The position numbers and the translations under genes were made by a program. A DNA stretch of 64,000 nt from Bdellovibrionota bacterium. GTDB taxonomy: Bacteria > Bdellovibrionota_C > UBA2361 > JBGSMV01. Below the pieces are notes generated by a model. It was not told the origin of the DNA. It did no database searches and saw nothing but the letters and a program-made list of their open reading frames with translations. Of the stretch, positions 51,060-60,619 are shown piece after piece. The stretch is from contig JBGSMV010000029.1 in the NCBI GenBank assembly GCA_041739995.1, positions 96,001-160,000 of the forward strand. Reading direction: 5' to 3'. Numbering within the stretch: position 1 is the first letter of the stretch; every line of letters starts with the position of its first letter.

Positions 51060-52103
51060 CTACAGACCTGCAGGAAGCGGAATCTTCGCAATCTGCTGCC
51101 GACAGATTTCTTCAAGGTTGGCAGAGCCGAATCTGCTTACATCCATCTCATGGAAGCGTTCACGCAGAAGATCCTTAAAAGTCACACCCTTCTTGGCGAG
51201 CCCTAGGGTTTGGGTCCAATAGTCCATGACGTCTTCAAAGTACTCGACAATGTCGAAGGCGCGGGAGCCGGCGTCGTAGATCGTGCATCTCTCAAGCGGA
51301 AAGCTTGGCTTCTCGTACTGAGACTCAATGAACTCAGGCGTAAGCAGCGCGTTGGTGCGAAGCAGGTCAGTGCCGTCGAGCTTGATGCGCATCGGGGTAC
51401 TAAACGTTGCCATTTGAAAGATGCCCTCCAGATAGACAACCGTGGCTCCAGTATATGCATCGAAGGTTTCGCGGTATGAGCGATCGAGCTCTTCGAGCAC
51501 TTCATGGGCCCGAGGAGATCCGATAGTGAATAGCGTAATGCCCGACACCTGTACGCCATGGTCCAGAGAAGACTCGGCCATCTTGCGAAGACCGTGCTGG
51601 AGGCTGGTGCCAGTTGCAACCACGTCTCCGAATATGACGTGTGTTGAGTCGTGCAAAGAAAGTTTCTGATAACCGCTCTCGGTGATTATCCAGTCCGGCG
51701 ACTCAGAGCTTTTGCGAATGCGCTGCGCCGAGACGAAAGCAGATGCGTGGTACGAAAAGTCGAACGCGTCGGCGACTGCTTCGCGTAAGCCGAAATTTAA
51801 ACCGCCGCGAAGTATGTGCAGGATGATAGTCTGCTGTTCCTGTAGAGATAACATCTTTAGAGAACGCAGAGCCTGAAGTGCTTTCGTGCAGCCCTTTTGC
51901 AGCGCTCGGGTGTAGGCGATTCCAGCAAGAAACGGATCGTTGCAAATCGCCCTGGTTTCAGGCGTCGAGAGAACAAACTTCTGAATGGCCGACGCTCCGG
52001 GCTCTTTCACCTTGTAGAGGGAGCATTCGGGAGAAGCGGTCAGCGTCTCAAGCGACAAGTTCTGTAAGGAGGCATCCTGCGCTGAGGTCATATCGGCTAC
52101 CAT
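51060..52103 (-). CDS. divergent type I phosphoribosyltransferase-fold (UPRTase-like) protein
   Basis: ILHILRGGL and VIFGDVVATGTSL resemble UPRT ILRAGL and DPMLATGGS. Confidence 0.65.
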   Translation of the reverse strand: MVADMTSAQDASLQNLSLETLTASPECSLYKVKEPGASAIQKFVLSTPETRAICNDPFLAGIAYTRALQKGCTKALQALRSLKMLSLQEQQTIILHILRGGLNFGLREAVADAFDFSYHASAFVSAQRIRKSSESPDWIITESGYQKLSLHDSTHVIFGDVVATGTSLQHGLRKMAESSLDHGVQVSGITLFTIGSPRAHEVLEELDRSYRETFDAYTGATVVYLEGIFQMATFSTPMRIKLDGTDLLRTNALLTPEFIESQYEKPSFPLERCTIYDAGSRAFDIVEYFEDVMDYWTQTLGLAKKGVTFKDLLRERFHEMDVSRFGSANLEEICRQQIAKIPLPAGL

Positions 52104-52219
52104 TGTCTTTGAAGTTGAAAATGTTTCCTAGGCTCGAGGCGGTTATTTCGTTGTTATGTCGAACCCGATTCTATTTCTGTCGCCCGGGAACCAATGCGGT
52201 CCCGTCACGGGGCGGAAAG

Positions 52220-52353
52220 CGAGTGTTCTGAGTCAGAAGTTAGTCTAAGTATTTTGCTCGCTGAACTCATTGTGTAATTCATTAAATATCTTCACAAAGA
52301 GAGCAGCGAGCGCGGCGAGAATTATTCATCGAACTCTTAACTCAGGACACTGG
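52220..52353 (-). mobile_element. MITE family A, copy 5
   Basis: AGTGTTCTGAGTCAGAAGTT...GAACTCTTAACTCAGGACACTGG; very similar to the reverse complement of copy 1. Confidence 0.85.
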
Positions 52354-52414
52354 TATCTTACCGCTCGACCTTCAGATCCCCAGAGGCAGATCTAGAGAGA
52401 ATGTTCTGGTTCGT

Positions 52415-52999
52415 TTATTTAAAACGTCGAGAAACATCATCCCAATTTATGACTTGAGTGAAAGCCTCCACATAGGCGGCACGGTTGTTTTGGTACTTCA
52501 GGTAGTAGGCGTGCTCCCACACGTCGCAGACCAGTAGCGGGGTGCTGACCCATTGCGAGAGGTCCTGGTGCTTTTCTGCCGTCAGAATTTCAAGCGCTTT
52601 AGTCATTTGGTTTTGCACGAGCAGTACCCAGCCTGAGCCTTCGACTGCGGCACCTGCGGCCTTAAAATGTGCCATGAAGGAATCAAAAGAGCCGAAGCGC
52701 TGGGTGAGAGCCTCCATGAGCGCTCCGCTTGGCTTCCCACCGCCATTGGGGCTCATGTTCTCCCAAAAAATGACATGAAGAAAATGGCCTGCACCATGAA
52801 AGGCGGCTTCCCGTTCCCAATGCTTTACGAGAGAGAAGTCATTTTTCGCACGGGCTTCGGCGAGCTTCGCTTCGGCGTTGTTGAGACCGTTTACATAGCC
52901 AAGGTGATGCTTGTCGTGATGAAGACGCATGGTCTGTTCATCGATATGAGGCTCAAGCGCATTATAGGCATAAGGGAGAGGGGGAAGTTCGTGTGTCAT
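52415..52999 (-). CDS. sod: Fe/Mn superoxide dismutase
   Basis: LPYAYNALEPHI, HHDKHH, GSGW, DVWEHAYY. Confidence 0.97.
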   Translation of the reverse strand: MTHELPPLPYAYNALEPHIDEQTMRLHHDKHHLGYVNGLNNAEAKLAEARAKNDFSLVKHWEREAAFHGAGHFLHVIFWENMSPNGGGKPSGALMEALTQRFGSFDSFMAHFKAAGAAVEGSGWVLLVQNQMTKALEILTAEKHQDLSQWVSTPLLVCDVWEHAYYLKYQNNRAAYVEAFTQVINWDDVSRRFK

Positions 53000-53170
53000 A
53001 AATAATCCTCCGGCTAAAAGTTGTCGCTGGGAGCTGCCCCTGAGCGGCGAGTGGCGCTGGTAGTGTACTGAACACCTCTATGGGGTGTCAAAGCACCCGG
53101 GCCTGCCTCATGTATGAGGTGGATAGCGGAAAATGCTGTCTCAGAGAGTCCGGCGGAACCCTCTGGTAAC

Positions 53171-53187
53171 TGCCAAGAGGGTGCCAA
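53171..53187 (-). promoter_or_regulatory. possible sigma-54 promoter upstream of sod
   Basis: Minus strand TTGGCAC-CCTCT-TGGCA, one mismatch, correct spacing. Confidence 0.35.
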
Positions 53188-53389
53188 TGTTCATTTACGT
53201 CTCTTTTGGAAGCCCATTTAGTACCTAGGCCATAGCCGGATTCTTAGGGTTCCGAGGCAGGGAGTCTGTCTGCTACTGTTCCACGGCTCGTCCCTACTTG
53301 TGCCCAAGGCAGGTACGGTCTTAGATTGCCGCTGGGGCGTGCGTAGCCCGGAATGTATTTACAGAGCCCAGTTTAGAAGGCCCAGTCCA

Positions 53390-54304
53390 ATGCTTTTCTC
53401 GCGTTCATCATATAGATCGCTTAGACGTTCCCTCCACTGGCTTGGCGCGCGAATTCTGTATTCTGCTCTTTTGGTTGGACTGTTTGTCGCGCTGGGAGCG
53501 AATAAATCTTGTAATGAGGACTATTTTTTTGCGACGCAACTAAGCTTGCGGAACCCGACTCCGGAAGTGACTGGCACGCCTACTGAAATTCCCGATGACA
53601 CAGAAATCCCGGATGAAGAGGATGAAACCCCTACCGCTACGCCTCGAGGAACAAGAACACCGCTGATCGAACCGAGCCCCACCGGGACCGCGGAAGCGGT
53701 GGTTGCCGGTGAAATGTTTCCTCTTTCAGCGCTGCAGGAAATTCCGCCTGAAAATGCTGCCAAGGAAGTGGCCGCTCCCACAGCCACTGTGGCGCCTCAG
53801 TCTGGCGTGGTCCCCAATGGAAAGGTTTCTCGTGGACCAAGGGAGAATTGGCTTGGAAACATTTACAACAAGAGCGAGGAGCCCGAAGCCTCCGCGGTCT
53901 CTCGGGTCTTGGTAGTAAGTGAAGATCCAGCTTTTCAGCGTAGTGTGGCAGCGGCTCTTTCAGGAATTGCGACACACGTTACGGCGGTTACGGACGAAAT
54001 TGAGTTAGAGGATTTCTTCGATAGCTCAGTGGCGATGACGGTGCTTGACGCAAGCTCAAGCGAGCTTAGTCCATGCGAAGCCGTCGATGAAATCCGCCAC
54101 CAGCAGCGTGTCGAAGGTTCGGCCAGTAATTATACGGCTTTTGTAGTAGTTCAGGGCACTGGATCGGAAGGTTCAAGTTCTGGATCAACCTACGCCTGTC
54201 AGGGGAGTGCCGTGGGCGAAGTGCTTGCCAGGCCCCTGAATCGAGCGGCCATTGCAAGGGCGTTTGAGCGAGCGGCACAAAAGGGTGTGCGCAGTTCCCG
54301 ATAA
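53390..54304 (+). CDS. hypothetical protein: signal/lipoprotein-like N-terminus, Pro/Thr-rich linker, degenerate receiver-like C-terminal domain
   Basis: LLVGLFVALGANKSC; PTPEVTGTPT; RVLVVSEDPAF...MTVLD...LARPL. Confidence 0.65.
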   Translation: MLFSRSSYRSLRRSLHWLGARILYSALLVGLFVALGANKSCNEDYFFATQLSLRNPTPEVTGTPTEIPDDTEIPDEEDETPTATPRGTRTPLIEPSPTGTAEAVVAGEMFPLSALQEIPPENAAKEVAAPTATVAPQSGVVPNGKVSRGPRENWLGNIYNKSEEPEASAVSRVLVVSEDPAFQRSVAAALSGIATHVTAVTDEIELEDFFDSSVAMTVLDASSSELSPCEAVDEIRHQQRVEGSASNYTAFVVVQGTGSEGSSSGSTYACQGSAVGEVLARPLNRAAIARAFERAAQKGVRSSR

Positions 54305-54325
54305 AGTTTACGTTTGGAAGTTCTT

Positions 54326-55150
54326 ATGTCTCAGCGATTTGGGTCTGCCCGTTCAGATAGTGCCTTCTTCCTTCGCTTCCTTTCACGCGGAGCTTTGCTG
54401 TTTTGCTTATTGCTGCTGGTGACTGCTTGTAGTGCACGTTCTTCGATCGAGCCGGAACAGCCTTGGGATCCTATCGAGCCAGTAAATCGCGGGATCTTCT
54501 GGTTCAATGATAAGGTCGACGTCTATGTGCTTGAGCCTGTCTCCGACGTTTACGACTATGTGCTTCCTGACGGCGTCAAAAACACGGTGGGAAATTTCTT
54601 CTCAAACCTTAAAGCGCCGGTTCGAATTGTGAACTCGTTCTTGCAGCTGGAAGGAGAGCAGGGCGCTACTCAGTTCGCGCGTTTTTGCATTAACACTACT
54701 GCGGGAGCAGGTGGTTTGTTCGATGTGGCCTCCGAGTGGGGAGTGAACGAAGCGAAGGAAGATTTTGGGGTGACGCTTGGGACTTACGGGGTGCCGGCAG
54801 GGCCATACCTCGTATTGCCGTTTCTGGGCCCAAGCAATATTCGCGATGCAGTCGGTAAAGTCGGTGACGCGTTTCTGGATCCGTTCTTCTATACTGGTTC
54901 TGTTATTGACCACGATCCTACGGCCGATGCGGTGACCTACGGCGCGAAAGGACTGGAGGTGGTGCAAACTCGTTATGAGCTAGACCCCGCCATCGAGACC
55001 AGCCGCAAGAGTTCGCTTGATCGCTATCTGTTTGTCCAGAACGCATACTACCAGATTCGAAACGGACGCATCAAAGACGGGCACGCTGTAGAGAAAGCTG
55101 ACGGCAGCGGCGTCGAGGGCTCCGGTGAAGAAGAGCTTTCCTTCGATTAA
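54326..55150 (+). CDS. mlaA: MlaA/VacJ family lipoprotein
   Basis: Lipobox VTAC; DPIEPVNR, INTTAG, EDFGVTLG, GPYLVLPFLGPS. Confidence 0.95.
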   Translation: MSQRFGSARSDSAFFLRFLSRGALLFCLLLLVTACSARSSIEPEQPWDPIEPVNRGIFWFNDKVDVYVLEPVSDVYDYVLPDGVKNTVGNFFSNLKAPVRIVNSFLQLEGEQGATQFARFCINTTAGAGGLFDVASEWGVNEAKEDFGVTLGTYGVPAGPYLVLPFLGPSNIRDAVGKVGDAFLDPFFYTGSVIDHDPTADAVTYGAKGLEVVQTRYELDPAIETSRKSSLDRYLFVQNAYYQIRNGRIKDGHAVEKADGSGVEGSGEEELSFD

Positions 55151-55302
55151 AGAGCGCCTCTTATTTTCTGAAATGAGTGCCCCGAAAGCCCTCTGGAGGC
55201 TTCTGAGGCCTGGTCTGGTCTGTTAAGACCCTGAAACACCTGAGTCTTGGAATTCCCAAATTGCATCTCAAGGATCGTGCATCATGGTGTGTGCTCGATT
55301 AC

Positions 55303-58300
55303 ATGAGAAATATTAACTACTTAATTGTCCACAAGGATCACCCCTTTGATAGGAAGGGCGTCAATAGCGGCGCCGAGAACGCTACCCGTGCGCTGGCCCA
55401 AGCGCTTTGCGCCGGCGGGTACCAAGTGGTGGTGGCCGCTCAGCTCTCTGGTTCAGAACACAAAGCGGAAAACTCGGCGAGCGGAGTCAGTCTGAATCCC
55501 GACCAGAACAAGTCCGCCGTAGAGTGGTGGGACCTTGGCGAAGCCTTTGATACCCAAGCCGCACTCCAGAGAATGCACGAACGGGGGCGTTACTGCCTCA
55601 TTTCAGCGGGAAGAGCGCAGGTCATTCTTGAAAGTCGCAACGACCAGCGCTGCGTGGCGCGAATACTTATCTCGCATGATCGATCCGGCAATGATACTGG
55701 AATTCGTCCTGAGGTGCTTTGTCGTGTTGCGGACAGAGTGGTGTGCGTTTCAAACGCGCAGCGTGAGATATTCTTAAAGGCGGGAGCTCCGCCCGAGAAA
55801 GTAGTGACACTCTTCAATGGGGTCGACCTCGATCTGTTCCCGGTGGGGCAGCCAGCTGAGCGCGATTTTCAAAAATTAGTGTTTGTTGGCGCTCTGGTCG
55901 AAGACAAAGGAATCCACTGGCTGATCGAATCCTTCTGCGCGCTTAAACCAAAATATCCCCAACTTACTTTGGACGTGTACGGAACAAGTGGTTTGTGGGG
56001 CAGGGCGCCGCTATTCAATGAAAAGGAAATTGAACAAAAAGTCCCGGGAATCAAATTCCACGGGAAAGTCTCCCAGGAGATAGTCGGTAAGGCCATGAGC
56101 ACGGCCGGACTATGTGTCATCCCAAGTATTTGGTTCGATCCTTTCCCCTTGACCGCACTTGAGGCGCAAGCCACCGGCTGTCCTGTTTTGACATTTGATG
56201 TGGGCGGTCTCAAAGAAGGCGTGCGTGATCAAGAAACCGCACTGGTGATGAAGGAAATAACTCCGCAGGCACTGACTGGCTCCCTGGACCTCTTGCTCTC
56301 CAATCCGGAGCGCTTAAAAGAATTTTCGACGCAAGCCTTAAAACTTTGTCGTCCTCGATTTACTTGGGAGAGAGTGGCGAGCGACCTGCTTGCACAAGTC
56401 GAGGCCGTTCAGCAGTCACGACAGAGCCCACTCGTGCGAGGTCAAATTGGAGTGGTGAGTACCTGGAACCAGTCATGTGGACTAGCAACTTACGCGAAAT
56501 ATCTATTTTCTCAGTTTCCTGCGGAGACCACGGTGGTGTTCTCCGAGAGTGTGCCGCCAGCGTCTATGGACGACGCGCGGGTGGTGCGCTGCTGGAACAA
56601 AGGAAGTGCGGATCTCGGAAAGCTTGAGCAGGCGATTGTTTCAAGCGGAGTGGTGCTTGTGCACTTGAACGTTCATCCAGAGTTCTTCGCCGGGGAGGTA
56701 CTCAGTACGCTAGTGCGAAAGCTTCGGGAGCGTGGCGTAAAGGTTGTTGCGCATCTTCACAATACTTTCACATACCAGCCGGCACTGGCTGCACTCGTAG
56801 GCGCAGTCGATCGAGTAATCGTGCATGCACCAGAAAACCGTGCGCAACTTGTAGCCAACGGTGCGATTCCAGAGAATGTCGAAGTCGTACCGCACGGAGT
56901 GCAGGTGCAGTCTGCGATCACCCCGGAAGAGCGCACTACAATTCGACAGAAAATAGGCGTCTCCTCCCAGGCGGTGCTGATTAGTTCGTTCGGCTTTATC
57001 CAGCCCCACAAAGGCATGGAAGGAGTTATCGAGGGCGTAGCGCACTTGGTGCAGCGCGGGGTCGACGCGCGTGGTGCTCTGGTGGGCCAAGTCATGGCAA
57101 GCGATCCATACAGTCAGGGATACGCAGCACGCCTCAAAGAGCTTGCAACTACGAAAGGGGTTCAGGATCGAATTACCTTCTTTGATAAATTTGTTCCGGA
57201 GGCAGAAGTCACGGAATACCTGCAGGCCTCAGACATTGTGCTAATGAACTATGGCTCCTCGCACTACGAAGCCTCTGGCGCATGTGCGGTGGCAGTGGGA
57301 TCGGGAGCCCTGGTGGTCACTTCTTTAGCGCCACCTTTTCAGCCGTTTGGCGAAGCAGTGTGGCACCTTACCAGCGGATTCCCCCTCACGCTCTCGCTGG
57401 AGCTGCTTCTTACCAATCAGCCACTACGCACCCATATTCAAGCCAGCGCTCGTGCATACGCCGAGCAGTATAGTTGGCCACGAACGGCGCAAACGATTCT
57501 AGACATTTATGCTCGTATGTCAGTGGAGCCCACAGCGAACGACAATTTCGATCCGAGTTCACGGAGAATGGAAATGGAATGGAATAAACAAGCACCCTCA
57601 ATAGCTCGTCCAATGGCGTTGAAAATACTGATGCAACCGCGCCCAAATGCTCTTAGTCAGCGCGGTGGCGACACCGTGGTGCTCGAGAAAACGGCTATTG
57701 AGCTTCGGTCGCTGGGACATCAAGTCGAAATTGATGTTGAGGGGCGCTGCCGTCCTGAAGACTTCGACGTGGTGCATCTATTCAATTTCGCCTTGCCCGA
57801 TCTACTGAAAGCACAAGCGGAACGCTGTGTGCAGGCCAAGACGCCCTTTGTGGTGACGACGCTCTGCGAAGATGTGCCAAGCTTCCACAACCAGTCTTGG
57901 GAAGCAGCACGAATATTGGTTGAGTACGTAAGTCGTGGTCAGAATAGCGAATGGCTGCGAAGCCAGTGGGGGCGCTTAAGCGCAGTAGTCCCATCGACTC
58001 GATTCAACAACGATTGGGTCGCCGCACATGCCGATGCGCTCATTGCAAACGGAGATGGAGAAACCCAGGTCTTGAGGCGAGATTATCCAAGTGCCAAGTC
58101 AATTCTCGAAGTGCCAGTGGGTTTTGACCTGGGAGCTGACGGAAGCGCGGCTACGTTTGTGCGTGAGCACGGAGTCTCTGACTTTGTCCTGTGTGTGGGC
58201 AGAATCGAGTCGAGAAAGAATCAGCTGATGCTGCTTCAAGCGCTCGAACATTCAGATATTCCCGTGGTGTTGGTCGGCGGCGGATTTAGCTATCAGCCAG

Positions 58301-60408
58301 AGTACGAACAGGCGGTTCGAAAGTTTAAGCGAAAGGGCAAGACGATAATTCTCGGAAGGCTCTCTCCTGAAATGCTCTCGAGCGCTTACGCTGCTTGTCG
58401 AGTACACGCATTGCCTAGTTGGTATGAACTTCCAGGGCTAGTGTCTTTAGAGGCCGCAGCGTACGGGAAGAACATAGTGGTAAGTGCCACTGGTACTACC
58501 CCAAACTATTTCGCTGAACTTGCGATGTATGCATCGCCTTCAGATCCTCGTTCGATCAAGAATGCGGTGCTTGCAGCGTTCTACGCACCGGTCGACCTTG
58601 GGTTAAGTGCGCACGTGCAACAATATCGCTGGAAGAGCGCAGCTGAAGCTACCGCCAATGTGTATCAAAAGGTGCTTCAAAGTGTGGGACGTACTCCGCG
58701 CCTTGCCGCGACATCAGTGCGTATCGAAACGCCAACCGTGGCCTACGCTGCTCGGGTGGAGAGTCCGGCGGCACCAATGCAAAATTCAGTACCAGCTGTG
58801 GGATCATCAATTGCTTCGGCGATAATTGATGGAAACAAGCCAAATGCGGAGGTAGCGCAGCTACTCGAAGCAGGAGAGAACGCAGCTCGAGCGGGTGATT
58901 TCGTCAAAGCACGACAGCTTCTTGGAGAAGTTGAACAGCGTAGCCCTGGGTCTGCTCAATGCCTGCGGTCCTTAGGTGCGGTTGCCCTGGCTGAAGAGCA
59001 TCGACCGGAGGCGAAGCGGTACTTTGAACGTGCGCTCGCCATTGATCCTAGAGAGACAAAATCAATTGTTGGACTCGGCATGTGCGCTGCTCTGGACGGG
59101 GAGTATCGTAGTGCGCAAGGCCTGTTGATTAAAGCGCTCAGCATTGACGACACCCAGACCACGGCACTCCACCAGCTTATTCAATGTGCCAATGTGCTAG
59201 GGGATTTTGCACCGCTTGAACAGGCGCTTAGGCAGTACCTGAAGCGTTGTCCAGACGACAACGAGTTCCAGTTCTGCTTAGCAGGCTGTGTCTATAAACA
59301 AGGGAATTTTGAGGAAGCGTCACGAATAGTTGATGCGGTGTTGGCCCGTGACTCCTCACATCGCGGCGCGGGAGAATTGCGCACAGAGCTTCGCTCTAGG
59401 GCAAGCAGGGCCGCGACTCCGGTCGTGGCGCCTGTGGGCAGCTCCGTTGGTTCCGTTCCTCAGCACACGACAAATGTTGCTACCTCTGAGGCCAGCATGC
59501 CTGCGGAACCTTCATGGTTGCAGGCGCTGAAGGCGACTCCGTTTGCTGTTCCTGCACAAAAAGACCCTACAAAGTCGTCGACCAGCGTACAGAACGCGCA
59601 ACCTTCAGTATCGACTGGAGCGCCAGCAAGCAACGGTAGTCAAAAATGGGAAACTACCGCATCTCAGCCGTCCGAACCACGCGTAGTGGCGCCGTCATTG
59701 AACGGTGGGACGCCTGAGCAAGTGTTGGCTCACATCGAAGAGCTCAAGAGAGGCAATCAACTCGCCGAGGCTGGGCAAGCCTGCGATGAGTTTCTTGCGC
59801 GTGGATTGGCTGGCGAATTTCTTGAGCAGGCTAGGTTATTAAGGGCAGAGGTTCATTGCATCAGAGAGGAAATTGAGCAGGCCCGTCGCTTGTTTGATTC
59901 TGTGTTGGGCACTAACCCGCGATCTGCCAGGGCACTCTGCGGCAAGGGTGCTCTTGCCGCCCATGCCGGTAACTGGGGCGAGGCGGAAGCCCTGTTTCAG
60001 AAAGCGCAGATGCTCTCACCATCATATGATGTGGCCTGTGCTGGACTAGGGCTTTGTGCGTTTCAGCGAGAGGAATCGCAACAGGCTTGGCACTGGTATT
60101 GGCGCGCAACTCAGGCAAATCCTGAGTGTCTGCGTGCTTTGCTTGGCCTTGTTGAGCTTGCCTATCCACTGAAGAAGCTCGCGGAGCTCGAACAAGCCTT
60201 GCGGCAGTACCTAGACCTTCATCCAGCTGACTTGCAGTTCGTGTATTCTCTGGCCGGATGTTTGTATGCTCAGAATAAAATGCCAGAGGCCAAGTGCGAG
60301 ATTGAGAAGATAATAATCTTTGAACCAGCCCACGAGCGAGCGGTTGAACTCAAAGGGATTATTGAGCAGCGAATGGGACAATCCGGTGGTGGGGGGCACT
60401 CACACTGA
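55303..60408 (+). CDS. very large glycosyltransferase: three GT4-like modules plus two TPR clusters
   Basis: PFPLTALEAQATGCPV, FGFIQPHKG, ELPGLVSLEAAA; TPR-like helices in the last ~520 aa. Confidence 0.9.
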   Translation: MRNINYLIVHKDHPFDRKGVNSGAENATRALAQALCAGGYQVVVAAQLSGSEHKAENSASGVSLNPDQNKSAVEWWDLGEAFDTQAALQRMHERGRYCLISAGRAQVILESRNDQRCVARILISHDRSGNDTGIRPEVLCRVADRVVCVSNAQREIFLKAGAPPEKVVTLFNGVDLDLFPVGQPAERDFQKLVFVGALVEDKGIHWLIESFCALKPKYPQLTLDVYGTSGLWGRAPLFNEKEIEQKVPGIKFHGKVSQEIVGKAMSTAGLCVIPSIWFDPFPLTALEAQATGCPVLTFDVGGLKEGVRDQETALVMKEITPQALTGSLDLLLSNPERLKEFSTQALKLCRPRFTWERVASDLLAQVEAVQQSRQSPLVRGQIGVVSTWNQSCGLATYAKYLFSQFPAETTVVFSESVPPASMDDARVVRCWNKGSADLGKLEQAIVSSGVVLVHLNVHPEFFAGEVLSTLVRKLRERGVKVVAHLHNTFTYQPALAALVGAVDRVIVHAPENRAQLVANGAIPENVEVVPHGVQVQSAITPEERTTIRQKIGVSSQAVLISSFGFIQPHKGMEGVIEGVAHLVQRGVDARGALVGQVMASDPYSQGYAARLKELATTKGVQDRITFFDKFVPEAEVTEYLQASDIVLMNYGSSHYEASGACAVAVGSGALVVTSLAPPFQPFGEAVWHLTSGFPLTLSLELLLTNQPLRTHIQASARAYAEQYSWPRTAQTILDIYARMSVEPTANDNFDPSSRRMEMEWNKQAPSIARPMALKILMQPRPNALSQRGGDTVVLEKTAIELRSLGHQVEIDVEGRCRPEDFDVVHLFNFALPDLLKAQAERCVQAKTPFVVTTLCEDVPSFHNQSWEAARILVEYVSRGQNSEWLRSQWGRLSAVVPSTRFNNDWVAAHADALIANGDGETQVLRRDYPSAKSILEVPVGFDLGADGSAATFVREHGVSDFVLCVGRIESRKNQLMLLQALEHSDIPVVLVGGGFSYQPEYEQAVRKFKRKGKTIILGRLSPEMLSSAYAACRVHALPSWYELPGLVSLEAAAYGKNIVVSATGTTPNYFAELAMYASPSDPRSIKNAVLAAFYAPVDLGLSAHVQQYRWKSAAEATANVYQKVLQSVGRTPRLAATSVRIETPTVAYAARVESPAAPMQNSVPAVGSSIASAIIDGNKPNAEVAQLLEAGENAARAGDFVKARQLLGEVEQRSPGSAQCLRSLGAVALAEEHRPEAKRYFERALAIDPRETKSIVGLGMCAALDGEYRSAQGLLIKALSIDDTQTTALHQLIQCANVLGDFAPLEQALRQYLKRCPDDNEFQFCLAGCVYKQGNFEEASRIVDAVLARDSSHRGAGELRTELRSRASRAATPVVAPVGSSVGSVPQHTTNVATSEASMPAEPSWLQALKATPFAVPAQKDPTKSSTSVQNAQPSVSTGAPASNGSQKWETTASQPSEPRVVAPSLNGGTPEQVLAHIEELKRGNQLAEAGQACDEFLARGLAGEFLEQARLLRAEVHCIREEIEQARRLFDSVLGTNPRSARALCGKGALAAHAGNWGEAEALFQKAQMLSPSYDVACAGLGLCAFQREESQQAWHWYWRATQANPECLRALLGLVELAYPLKKLAELEQALRQYLDLHPADLQFVYSLAGCLYAQNKMPEAKCEIEKIIIFEPAHERAVELKGIIEQRMGQSGGGGHSH

Positions 60409-60413
60409 GCTTG

Positions 60414-60549
60414 ATAAGGAGACGCTGAAAAACTAAATGTTGGTGGTCTTAGTGGTGCAAACAAGTTCCCGCGATTGGCGTAAATTTGATTCAAACACGA
60501 AGACCACAAAGACCACGAAGGTAGAAGTGGGAGCTTCTCAAGGTTCCGT
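60414..60549 (-). mobile_element. MITE family B, copy 3 (degenerate ends)
   Basis: TCTTAGTGGTGCAAACAAG...CACGAAGACCACAAAG...GGTAGAAG...AGGTTCC matches 8485-8602. Confidence 0.7.
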
Positions 60550-60619
60550 GCGGGAACTTTCTCGGAGATAGAAATCGGGCCGTTATAGATCAGGCCAGGA
60601 AAGCTAAGGATAGCGCAGG

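Noticed and set aside
4130..60549. Dispersed repeats as a CRISPR array
   Set aside because: Copies are scattered, 120-145 bp long with terminal inverted repeats; no repeat-spacer periodicity and no cas genes
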